DNA of 64,000 nucleotides from an uncultured Chloroflexia bacterium (GCA_963707215.1 CAVPPB010000001.1:704001-768000); one strand, 5' to 3'; counted from the first letter of the stretch, positions 39,359 to 47,944 are shown. Notes: generated by a model not told the origin, from the letters alone. Numbers and translations: made by a program.

Positions 39359-40723
39359 ATGGACCCCCTGGCGATCGTCGTCGTCTTGTTGCTCGTGGCC
39401 GTCGCGATCGTCGCGGCCGTCGCCGGGTGGTACCTCGGACGGCGCCGCCGGGCGCCCGCTCAGGAACCCGGCCCTGCGACCGAGCTGCGCCGGCTGGAGG
39501 AGTACGAGTCCTACCCGTTCACGACCGACGCGGCCGGCCACGTCCATTTCGATCCCGACGGGTTCGACGTCGCCGTGGGGCACTTCCTCGAGGAGCGCAA
39601 CCCTCGGGCGGCCCGTGAGCTCATCGTCATCGGCGAGCAGAACCTCGTCCGCGATACCTTCCCGACCGACCGGCTGAGCCGCTACAAGGCGCTCTACGCC
39701 GCCTACGACGGCGACGCCGTCGTGTCCGACAACGATGAGTTCCTGGAGAACTACCGGCGGATCGTCAACCAGGTCGGGCGGTCGTTCCCCAACACCGGCA
39801 TCGAGATCCTCCTCCACAACCTGGTGAACCCATCGCGGTCGCTGGTGGCGATCGAGAACGCCGCCGTCACCGGGCGCTCGATCGGCTCCGGGGCGACGAA
39901 CCTGGTCCTGGACCTCAAGACGCGCCGGCAGCGCGGCGAGGACAAGGTCAACTACGAGCTGAACATCGGCTCGCGCCAGTTCAAGTGCACGACGATCCCG
40001 ATCTTCCGAGCCGACTACGGCCTGGTCGGGGCGATCTGCATCAACATCGACACGCGGTTCATGCGCGAGTACGTCATGCAGAGCGAGGAGCGGCTGAACG
40101 CCTTCTTCGACAACCTCCTGCGGACCGACTTCCAGCTCGGCGAGAACATCCTGTCGAAGGACGAGTACACGAGCGCCCTCAACGGCAAGCGTCACTTCCT
40201 CGACGAGGCGATCCGGACCGGCAGCGGGAGCCAGGCCGGCCGGCGGCTTGCGGCGATCTTCTTCTCCGACATCGTCGGCTACACGACCCTGATGGGCGCC
40301 GATGAAGCCGGGACGATGCGGATCATCAGCACCAACGAGCAGATCCACCGGGCGGCCCTGGGGCGCCACCGGGGCCACCTGATCCAGGAGCTCGGCGACG
40401 GGATGCTGGCGAGCTTCGGGAGCGCGTCGGACGCCGTCGCGGCGGGCCGCGAGGTCCAGCGGGCGGTCGGCGAGGACGGCCGCTACCAGGTCCGGGTCGG
40501 CATCCACCTCGGTGAGGTCACCCAGGACGGCGCAAAGGTCGTGGGCGACGGGGTCAACATCGCGGCCCGGATCCAGGCCGAGATGGGACCGGGAGAGATC
40601 GGCATCTCGGGCGTCGTCTACGACAACGTCCGGAACAAGGAGGGCGTCTCGGCCGCGCCGCTCGGCGAGCGCGTGCTCAAGGGCGTCGCCGATCCGATCG
40701 TCCTGTACTCGGTGGCCGTCTAG
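39359..40723 (+). CDS. Membrane-anchored YheO-like PAS (PAS_6) - class III nucleotide cyclase
   Basis: N-terminal TM; EILLHNL..SLVAIEN..VTGRSIG..KCTTIPI..GAICINID (PAS_6); FSDIVGYT, QELGDG, GIHLG, GDGVNIAAR; TAGAAT 6 nt upstream. Confidence 0.85.
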   Translation: MDPLAIVVVLLLVAVAIVAAVAGWYLGRRRRAPAQEPGPATELRRLEEYESYPFTTDAAGHVHFDPDGFDVAVGHFLEERNPRAARELIVIGEQNLVRDTFPTDRLSRYKALYAAYDGDAVVSDNDEFLENYRRIVNQVGRSFPNTGIEILLHNLVNPSRSLVAIENAAVTGRSIGSGATNLVLDLKTRRQRGEDKVNYELNIGSRQFKCTTIPIFRADYGLVGAICINIDTRFMREYVMQSEERLNAFFDNLLRTDFQLGENILSKDEYTSALNGKRHFLDEAIRTGSGSQAGRRLAAIFFSDIVGYTTLMGADEAGTMRIISTNEQIHRAALGRHRGHLIQELGDGMLASFGSASDAVAAGREVQRAVGEDGRYQVRVGIHLGEVTQDGAKVVGDGVNIAARIQAEMGPGEIGISGVVYDNVRNKEGVSAAPLGERVLKGVADPIVLYSVAV

Positions 40724-40762
40724 CGCTCGTCGCGAGCACCCCGGGGCGACCCGGCGGCCGGC

Positions 40763-42709
40763 CTACGCCTCGGCGATGACGCCGATCGAGACCTTGAAGC
40801 CGGCCCGCCGCTGGAGCGTCGGCATGAGGGTGCCCTGGCCGACCGGGGTATCACCGGGGAACCAGCGGATCCACTCCCCGTTGAAGTCCTCGAACTCACC
40901 GGGGTCACGGAGCGACCAGGACGCCCAGACGACCTTGTCGAGCGAGCTGCCCTCGGCCTCGAGCTTGGCCTTGAGGTTCCGCATGCACTGGGCGGCGTGC
41001 TCCTTGATGCCGCCGTTGATGACCCGGCCGGTGTCGGGGTCGACCGGGCCCATCGAAGTGACGTAGATCATCCCGCCGGCCTTGACCGCCTTGCCATGGC
41101 CCACCACGAGCCGGGCCACCTCGGGCGGGGGCGGCGCCTCGCCGGTGATCCAGCGGCTCTTGCCGGCCGGGGTGGGGTTCTTCGGATCCTCGGGCGGGAT
41201 GCCGAACTCGCCGGGCGGCAGCTGGATGCCCCGCTGCGTGAAGCGCGGCATGAAGGTCGGCCGGGCGCCCGTCGGCACGAGGTCGCCCTGGACCTTGCCA
41301 TCGACGAACCCCGTCTGCTGGTACTCGAAGATGTCCTGCATGAGGATCTCGTCGTCCTCGATCCCGTAGACCTCGGTGATGTTGACGATCTTGCGGGAGC
41401 CGTCCTTCAGGCGAGCGGTGTGGACGATGAGGTCGACGGCGGCCGCGATCTGCTCGCGGATGGAGCGGAGCGGCAGGTCCACGCCGGCCATCAGGACCAT
41501 CGTCTCGAGGCGGCGGAGCATGTCGGCCGGGGTGTTGGCGTGGCCGGTCGAGAGCGAGCCCTCCTGGCCGACGGTCATCGCCTGGAGCATGTCCAGCGCC
41601 TCGCCCGCGCGACACTCGCCGACGATGATCCGGTCGGGCCGCATGTGGAGCGAGTTCCGCAAGAGGTCGCGGATGGTGATCTCGCCGAGTCCCTCCAGGT
41701 TCGGTGGACGGGCCTCGAGGGTCACGACGTGCTCCTGGTCGAGCTGGAGCTCGGCGGCGTCCTCGATCGTGATGATCCGCTCCTCCTCGGGGATGAACGA
41801 CGAGATCACGTTCAGGGTCGTCGTCTTGCCGGAGCCGGTGCCACCGGAGACGAAGACGTTGAGCTTCGCCTCGACGCAGGCCCGCAGGAGATCGAACATC
41901 TCCTCGGTCGCCGTCCCGAAGCCGACGAGGTCCTCGACGGTGTACGGGGTGGCCGAGAACTTCCGGATCGTGATGACCGGGCCGACGAGCGACAGGGGCG
42001 GGATGATCGCGTTGACCCGCGAGCCGTCGGGAAGCCGGGCATCCACCCGCGGGCTCGACATGTCGATGCGGCGGCCGATCGGGGTCACGATCCGGTCGAT
42101 GATCCGCAGGACGTGCTCGTCGTTGAGGAAGCTCCGGGGGACCCGCTCGATCTTGCCCTTGCGCTCGATGTAGATCTGGTCGGGGCCGTTGACCATGACC
42201 TCGGTGATCGTCTCGTCGGCGAGGAGCGGCTCGATGGGCCCGAGCCCGCCGATCTCCCCGACCAGGTCCTGGACGAGGCGGCGTCGCTCGTCGCCGGTGA
42301 TGGCGAAGCCGTTCTCGCGGACCAGCCGGTCGACGATGCCCTCCATGCCGGTCTGGACGTCGGCCGCGTCGGCACCCAGCAGCGAAGTGGCGGCGCGGCC
42401 GATCTCCTCCTGCAGCCGCATGCGGATCGAGCGCATGAGCTCTTCCCGGGCGACCGCCTGGGCAGAGGCCCGGGCCGACGGCGGTGCCGATGGGGGTGCG
42501 GTCGGCCGAGCGACCGGGACCGGCTTCGTCGCCGTGGCGGTACTCGAGGGAAGCGTCGGCTCGTCGGGGCTCTCGACGACGGTCGCGGCCGGCTCGTCGG
42601 CAGGAGGAGCGGCCGGCGCCGCCGGCTCCTGGCCGTCCGACTCTTCGAGGCCGGCCTCCCGGGCCGCGGCTTTGCGCTGGGCCGCTTCGACCCGCTTCAG
42701 CAGGGACAT
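40763..42709 (-). CDS. TadA/CpaF family pilus-assembly ATPase with C-terminal Rid (YjgF/RidA-like) domain
   Basis: GLGPIEPLL, VDARLPDGSRVN, GGTGSGKTT, IEDAAEL, MRPDRIIVGECR, STGHAN; C-terminal AVKAGGMIYVTSMGPVDP..NLKAKLEAEGSSLDKVV..VSIGVIA. Confidence 0.88.
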   Translation of the reverse strand: MSLLKRVEAAQRKAAAREAGLEESDGQEPAAPAAPPADEPAATVVESPDEPTLPSSTATATKPVPVARPTAPPSAPPSARASAQAVAREELMRSIRMRLQEEIGRAATSLLGADAADVQTGMEGIVDRLVRENGFAITGDERRRLVQDLVGEIGGLGPIEPLLADETITEVMVNGPDQIYIERKGKIERVPRSFLNDEHVLRIIDRIVTPIGRRIDMSSPRVDARLPDGSRVNAIIPPLSLVGPVITIRKFSATPYTVEDLVGFGTATEEMFDLLRACVEAKLNVFVSGGTGSGKTTTLNVISSFIPEEERIITIEDAAELQLDQEHVVTLEARPPNLEGLGEITIRDLLRNSLHMRPDRIIVGECRAGEALDMLQAMTVGQEGSLSTGHANTPADMLRRLETMVLMAGVDLPLRSIREQIAAAVDLIVHTARLKDGSRKIVNITEVYGIEDDEILMQDIFEYQQTGFVDGKVQGDLVPTGARPTFMPRFTQRGIQLPPGEFGIPPEDPKNPTPAGKSRWITGEAPPPPEVARLVVGHGKAVKAGGMIYVTSMGPVDPDTGRVINGGIKEHAAQCMRNLKAKLEAEGSSLDKVVWASWSLRDPGEFEDFNGEWIRWFPGDTPVGQGTLMPTLQRRAGFKVSIGVIAEA

Positions 42710-43030
42710 GTGCTTCGTTGTTCCCCCGAACATTCGGCATGCGTCAAGGGACGGTGACGCTCCGAGATCCGGCGACGCCTGGTCCCGGCCGTCGGCCACC
42801 GAGCCTGAGGAGACGATACCCCGGTGTCGCCCGGCGTGCGAACGACGACCCGGTAGCCGGTGTGGCTTCGACGCACCACCCAGCCTCCGGGAGGTGGGCT
42901 CCGTGGGCCACGACCCGGAGGTCCCGGCCCGGTAGGGCCCGGTCGTCGGGGGTCGGATGTCGGGGGTCGATGCCGTGGTCGACACCTGGCCGCTCGGCGG
43001 GGCATAGCTGGCCGGAGGCGATCTGGCCCT

Positions 43031-43058
43031 GTCATTCGACTCTGGGCATACGCGCATC
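43031..43058 (+). repeat. Dispersed intergenic motif, copy 4
   Basis: GTCATTCGACTCTGGGCATACGCGCATC. Confidence 0.7.
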
Positions 43059-43087
43059 GGCGGGGGCGGGGGCGGCGACCGGCTGCG

Positions 43088-43150
43088 GCGTCCGGCGGCG
43101 GCGTCCGGCGGCGTCCGGCGGCGTCCGGCGGCGTCCGGCGGCGTCCGGCG
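43088..43150. repeat. 10-bp tandem repeat GCGTCCGGCG (six units)
   Basis: One unit at 43088, then five perfect units at 43101-43150. Confidence 0.9.
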
Positions 43151-43206
43151 GGAACCATGCGCCCTATGGCTCTTGGCGCCGGGCGCATGCATAGAGGACG
43201 CTCTCC

Positions 43207-43285
43207 GCTGCGGGAGGCTGCGACGCGCGGCCCGACCATCGGCCGCCGGGACCGCGCTGAGCCACTGGCGGGAACGATTCGCGGC
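43207..43285 (+). ncRNA. c-di-GMP-II-like riboswitch aptamer, copy C (more diverged)
   Basis: GCUGCGGG-A-GGC-UGCGAC-GCGCGGCCCG..CGGCCGC-CGGGACCGCGC-UGA-GCC-ACUG-GCG-GGA-ACG-AUUCGCGGC; P1 GCUGCGGG/UUCGCGGC; ends about 11 nt before the RBS. Confidence 0.62.
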
Positions 43286-43309
43286 AGGCGTCCCGGGGAG
43301 GACCACTCG

Positions 43310-44332
43310 ATGCGCCGCATCACCAAGCTCTCCCTCGTCGCCGGCGGGGCCGCAGCTGCTGTCGCCGGCGGGGCGCTCGTCTGTGGCCGGCTCAGGAGCA
43401 GATCGACGCTCGCTGGGCCCGCTCGCGGCATCTTCGCGAACGGGATGGCCTATCTCCGGTGGGGCACCGGCCCGAAAACGATGTTGTGGATCCCGGGTGG
43501 ACCCGGGAACACGGTCCCCATCGGTGGGCTGGCACTCCGGATGAGCCGGTCCTGGTCCCGGCCGTTCGTCAAGGAGGGCTTCACCGTCTGGTGGGTGACC
43601 AGGAAGCAGAACATGCCCAGGGGGCACTCCTACGCGGACATGGCCGACGACTACGGCCGCCTCATCGCCGACGAGCTCGGCGGGAAGGTCGACCTCGTGC
43701 TCGGCATGTCCACGGGCGGGCAGATCGGCTTCTACGTCGCCGCTCGCCACCCCGGCCGCTTCGGGCACATCGCCATCGCGGCCGCCGGCTACGAGGACAG
43801 CGAGCGGGCCAAGGCCATGCTCCTCCCCTCTGCCAGGCTGCTGAGCGAGGGCAGGATCGGCGAGGCGATGACGCTGATGCTCGAGGACATGTACCCGACC
43901 TGGCCGCGCGCGGTCGTCCGGGTCCTCGGCGCGCTGATGGGGCGGTCGATGTACGGGACGACCCACCCGTACTTCGCGAACGACGTGATCGTCGAGGCCG
44001 AGGCGGAGCTGGCCTGCGACGCGCGGGACGTCCTCTCCGCGATCCCGGTGCCGGTGCTGCTCATGTGCGGTGACCAGGACCCGTACTTCCCGAGGGAGGT
44101 CTACGAGGAGACCGCCCGGCTCATCCCCGATTGCACGCTCAGGATGTACGAGGGGAAGGGGCACGAGGGGTTGCTCTCGGACCCGCGACTCCTCAAGGAC
44201 GTCCGCGACTTCGTTCGGCAGCGGCCGGTGCCTCGCTCCGATGGCGACGCCGACCGGCCGAAGGTCTCCGATCCGCCTGCGGCCACCGCTGAGCCAGCGC
44301 TCGAGGTCGCGCCGGAGGGCGCCGCGGGCTGA
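43310..44332 (+). CDS. Alpha/beta hydrolase with N-terminal signal/anchor
   Basis: IPGGPG, GMSTGG nucleophile elbow, GDQD, GKGH; RBS GGAGG. Confidence 0.85.
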   Translation: MRRITKLSLVAGGAAAAVAGGALVCGRLRSRSTLAGPARGIFANGMAYLRWGTGPKTMLWIPGGPGNTVPIGGLALRMSRSWSRPFVKEGFTVWWVTRKQNMPRGHSYADMADDYGRLIADELGGKVDLVLGMSTGGQIGFYVAARHPGRFGHIAIAAAGYEDSERAKAMLLPSARLLSEGRIGEAMTLMLEDMYPTWPRAVVRVLGALMGRSMYGTTHPYFANDVIVEAEAELACDARDVLSAIPVPVLLMCGDQDPYFPREVYEETARLIPDCTLRMYEGKGHEGLLSDPRLLKDVRDFVRQRPVPRSDGDADRPKVSDPPAATAEPALEVAPEGAAG

Positions 44333-44426
44333 CGTCGGGGGCGGTTCGCCTCTTCCGCACGCCGCACCGGGGGCACCATGGTTGGACCGACCCAGGGGTC
44401 CGTTCGACGAAGCGGAGGTGCGGGAG

Positions 44427-44951
44427 ATGCAGGATGCCGATCTGTTCATGGAGCTCGCCGCGATCGCCGGCGTCTTCGTCGGGTTCGGGGCGCTCATCGC
44501 CGTGCGGAGCGGTGGCGCGAGCGACACCTTCGAGGTCGCCTACATGCGCGGCGTCGTTTCGGCAGGGCTGCTGACGATCGTGGCGGCCCTGGCCCCGGTG
44601 GCCCTCGGGCGCTACACCCTCACGGACCACGAGGTCTGGGTGGCGAGCAGCGCCGTGGTCCTCGTGGGTCTGGCCGCGGTGATCGCCATCAACATGCTGA
44701 CGCCCGAATACTGGGAAGACGCCACTGGCCGGGTGCGGACGACGTTCCCGCGGTGGCTGATCGCCACCGTCATGGTGGTCGTCGGGCTACTGCTGCTGGC
44801 GATCATCCTCCCCCCCATCGTCATCATCCTTGGCCTGGCGCCCGAGCTCGAGGCGGCACTCTACTTCACGGCCGTCGTCCTGACCCTGCTCTGGGCCGCG
44901 TGGCTCCTCTTGCAGATGGTCTTCCGCCGACACCGTCCCGCGGCCGCCTAG
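44427..44951 (+). CDS. Hypothetical 5-TM membrane protein, tandem paralog 1
   Basis: MQDADLFMELAAIAGVFVGFGALIAVR...LAPELEAALYF. Confidence 0.8.
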   Translation: MQDADLFMELAAIAGVFVGFGALIAVRSGGASDTFEVAYMRGVVSAGLLTIVAALAPVALGRYTLTDHEVWVASSAVVLVGLAAVIAINMLTPEYWEDATGRVRTTFPRWLIATVMVVVGLLLLAIILPPIVIILGLAPELEAALYFTAVVLTLLWAAWLLLQMVFRRHRPAAA

Positions 44952-45066
44952 GACAGGGCCGTAGCCGGCACGACGGCAAGCTTCGCGACCTCCGCATCTG
45001 GTCGGGGAGTACCTGCCGCCCGACACTCCCGCCGTGGATGGCGTCCCGATGCGGGAGGTACGGGCC

Positions 45067-45597
45067 ATGCAGGATGCCGATCTGTTCCTGGAGATCGCCG
45101 CGATCGCCGGCGTCTTCGTCGGCTTCGGGGCGCTCATCGCGGTGCGGGGCGGGGGCGCGAGCGGCGCGTTCGAGGTCGGGTTCATGCGCAGCGTGGTGAG
45201 CTTCGGGGCGTTGACGATCGTGGCGGCGCTCGCCCCGGTGACGCTCGCCCGCTACGACCTGACCGAGCATGAGGTCTGGGCGCTGAGCAGCGCCATCATC
45301 CTCCTCGGCTGGGTCATCTTCCTCGCCGCCAGCGCCCGGACCCCGGAGTACCGGGCGAACTGGGCGGCGGAGCTTGATGCGCGGCGGACGGGGTCTCGGT
45401 GGCGCACGGGGGCGTACTGGGTGGTCTACGCTGCCGTCGTCAGCCCGATGTTCCTCCTCCCGGTCGTCATCGTGCTGGGCCTTGCGCCCGAGCTCGAGGC
45501 GGCCCTCTACTTCACGAACGTCGTCCTCATCCTGGTCGTGGCCACGACGACGCTCCTTGGGCTGGTCTACGGGCAGCACCGCCCCCAGGCGACCTGA
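45067..45597 (+). CDS. Hypothetical 5-TM membrane protein, tandem paralog 2
   Basis: MQDADLFLEIAAIAGVFVGFGALIAVR...LAPELEAALYF. Confidence 0.8.
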   Translation: MQDADLFLEIAAIAGVFVGFGALIAVRGGGASGAFEVGFMRSVVSFGALTIVAALAPVTLARYDLTEHEVWALSSAIILLGWVIFLAASARTPEYRANWAAELDARRTGSRWRTGAYWVVYAAVVSPMFLLPVVIVLGLAPELEAALYFTNVVLILVVATTTLLGLVYGQHRPQAT

Positions 45598-45710
45598 GAC
45601 CCGCCGCCTGCCACGGCGGCCGCTTCGCGACCTCCGCATCTGGTCGAGCGATCCCCGACCGGCCGACACTCGCGCCCGTCAGATCCAGCACGGGTGCGGG
45701 AGGTGCGGCC

Positions 45711-46247
45711 ATGGCGGACACCGAGATGTTGATCCCCCTGGCGGAGATCGCCGGCGTGTTCGTCGGCTTCGGGGCGCTCATCGCCCTGCGGAGCGGCGGG
45801 CCGACCGAGCCTCGGGAGGTCGCGCCGATGCGCGCCGTAGTGTCGATCGGGATGCTTACGGTCGCGGTGGCCCTCGCCCCCGGGGTCCTCGGCCGCTTCG
45901 ACCTCTCCGAGCACGAGGTCTGGGCGCTGAGCAGCGCCGTGACCCTCATCGGCTGGAACCTCGTGTTCGTGGCCATGGCCCGGACGCCCGAGTACCGGGC
46001 GAGCTGGGCGTCCGAGCTCGCGGACCAGCGGGCGGGGGCACGCGCGCGGTGGGTCGTGCTGCCCGAGTGGGTGGCCTACGTGCTCCTCATGGCCCTGCTG
46101 ACGATCGCCCCGATCATCATCATCGTGGGCGTGGTACCGGAGCTCGAGGCAGCGCTCTACTACGCGCTGGTCGTACTGCTCCTGCTGGCGGCTGGGTGGA
46201 CCCTGCTCAGCCTGGTCTACGCGCAGCGACGCCCCGCGGTCGCCTGA
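45711..46247 (+). CDS. Hypothetical 5-TM membrane protein, tandem paralog 3
   Basis: MADTEMLIPLAEIAGVFVGFGALIALR...VPELEAALYY. Confidence 0.8.
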   Translation: MADTEMLIPLAEIAGVFVGFGALIALRSGGPTEPREVAPMRAVVSIGMLTVAVALAPGVLGRFDLSEHEVWALSSAVTLIGWNLVFVAMARTPEYRASWASELADQRAGARARWVVLPEWVAYVLLMALLTIAPIIIIVGVVPELEAALYYALVVLLLLAAGWTLLSLVYAQRRPAVA

Positions 46248-46269
46248 GGGACGGCCAGCCCGCCCGACC

Positions 46270-47058
46270 CTAGCGCGGCGGCATCGCCTTGAACGTCCGC
46301 TCGATGTCGTCGAGGTTGCGGATCGTCGCCTCCGTCACGACCTGCAGATAGCGCTCGCCGAACTCTGCGCTCGACTCGCGGGCGTCGCCCCAGGTCCCCG
46401 AGACCGTCGCCCGGTGGACCGAGCCAGGGTTCGAGAAGAAGAAGGCCGTGTGGACCGCGGGCGGGCTGGCGACGTCGGGGAACGGCGGGAACTCGACGTT
46501 GGCGAGCTCCATGTCGACGAGGTCCGGGTCGATGGCCAGGACCGCCGAGGTCTCGCCCTTGTTGGCGTGGAGGCCGTTGGCCGGATCGAAGAACTCGGCG
46601 GCCTGCTCCGGGGTCATGCCGTCCCAGTAGTTGACCGGGAAGGCGTGGGTGCCGGGCGGCAGCCGGTCGGCCACGGCCGCGCAGGCGTAGGCGGTGGCGT
46701 AGGTGTTGTCGTAGTGGCCGTTGAGGAAGACGATCCGCCGGAAGCCCATCGTCGCGAACCCGACGCAGAGGTCCTCGATGAGGGCCATGAAGGTCGATAT
46801 ACGGACGTGGAGGACGCCGGTGAAGCCGGCGTGCGGGTACGAGAGGGCGTAGCTGACCGGCGGCGCCACGACCGCCCCGACCTGTGGCGCGATCCGCCGG
46901 GCGACCTCGACCGGGATGACGACGTCGCTCGCCAGCGGCGCGTGCGGGCCGTGCTGCTCGGTCGAGCCGATCGGCACGATGACCGTGTCGTGCTCGGCCA
47001 GGAACGCCCGGACCTCCGGGTCGGTCATCTCCCCAAGGAACACCGTCGGTGGCTTCAT
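46270..47058 (-). CDS. Creatininase family amidohydrolase
   Basis: PIGSTEQHGPHAPLASD, NGHYDN, HANKGETS. Confidence 0.9.
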   Translation of the reverse strand: MKPPTVFLGEMTDPEVRAFLAEHDTVIVPIGSTEQHGPHAPLASDVVIPVEVARRIAPQVGAVVAPPVSYALSYPHAGFTGVLHVRISTFMALIEDLCVGFATMGFRRIVFLNGHYDNTYATAYACAAVADRLPPGTHAFPVNYWDGMTPEQAAEFFDPANGLHANKGETSAVLAIDPDLVDMELANVEFPPFPDVASPPAVHTAFFFSNPGSVHRATVSGTWGDARESSAEFGERYLQVVTEATIRNLDDIERTFKAMPPR

Positions 47059-47092
47059 CGGGACCGCGCCCTCCTATTGTCGATCGATCGTG

Positions 47093-47941
47093 TCAGGCGA
47101 TGATGGTGGTCAGCTCACCGATCCCCTCGACCCAGGCCGTGACCGTGTCCCCGGGCTCGAGGTGCCGGTCCGGGCCCGGCGGGACCACGAGCCGGGCCGG
47201 CGTGCCGGTGGCGATCAGGTCGCCCGGCCGGAGCGTCAGGTGGCGGCTGAGGAACGAGACGATCTCGGCGATCGAGAAGCGCATGCTCGAGGTCCGGTCG
47301 TCCTGGATGGCGGCACCGCCGATGGCACAGGCCAGCCGCAGGTCCCGCGGGTCCAGGGCGTCGGCCGTGACGACCCACGGGCCGACCGGGCAGAAGCCGG
47401 GCATCGACTTGCCGATCAGCCACTGGTCGCCGTCGAGCCAGGGATCCCGCGACGAGACGTCGTTCATGATCGTGTAGCCGAAGACGTGGTCCATCGCCGT
47501 CGCGGGCGTCACGCCGGACGCCGTGGCCCCGATGACCACCCCCAGCTCCACCTCCGGATCCACGTTGGAAGTCAGGTCCCGGTCCCAGGCCAGGGTCCCG
47601 CGGTGGGCTCCGACGGACGACGGCGCCTTGCCGTAGATGAGCGGTCGCTCCGGGACCTCCTCGGCCGATCCACCCGGGGTCCGGTAGTTGCGCCCGACGG
47701 TGTAGATGGCCCCTGGATCCGGCACCGCCGGGCCAAGCTCGACCTCGTCGAGGAGCCGGTAGGACTCGGCCGGCTCCAGGTCGGCCCACGCCTGGATGCG
47801 GGCCAGCCCGTCCCTGCCGGCGCCGGCGATGCCCCGGACCGACGACAGCCACGGCTCGCCGAGCCGCAATGGCAGAGCGAGCCCGTCGCCCACCAGCGCC
47901 GCGATCGGCTGCCCGTCCTCGACGATCGTCGCGAAGCGCAT
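47093..47941 (-). CDS. Fumarylacetoacetate hydrolase family protein
   Basis: VGRNY, DPEVELGVVIG, GYTIMNDVSSRD, GDLIATGTP. Confidence 0.9.
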   Translation of the reverse strand: MRFATIVEDGQPIAALVGDGLALPLRLGEPWLSSVRGIAGAGRDGLARIQAWADLEPAESYRLLDEVELGPAVPDPGAIYTVGRNYRTPGGSAEEVPERPLIYGKAPSSVGAHRGTLAWDRDLTSNVDPEVELGVVIGATASGVTPATAMDHVFGYTIMNDVSSRDPWLDGDQWLIGKSMPGFCPVGPWVVTADALDPRDLRLACAIGGAAIQDDRTSSMRFSIAEIVSFLSRHLTLRPGDLIATGTPARLVVPPGPDRHLEPGDTVTAWVEGIGELTTIIA

Positions 47942-47944
47942 CCC

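Noticed and set aside
39359-40723. Pycsar/CBASS anti-phage system
   Set aside because: No adjacent cNMP-binding TM or TIR effector; the architecture fits signalling rather than defence.
43088-43150. CRISPR array (also considered for 61143-61220 and 31541-31670)
   Set aside because: Direct tandem repeats without unique spacers, and no cas genes in the window.
40763-44527. 1254-aa ORF as one giant protein (likewise the 1476-aa ORF at 57389-61819)
   Set aside because: The N-terminal extensions are antisense to real genes or cross intergenic repeats; real starts are at 42709 and 59002.
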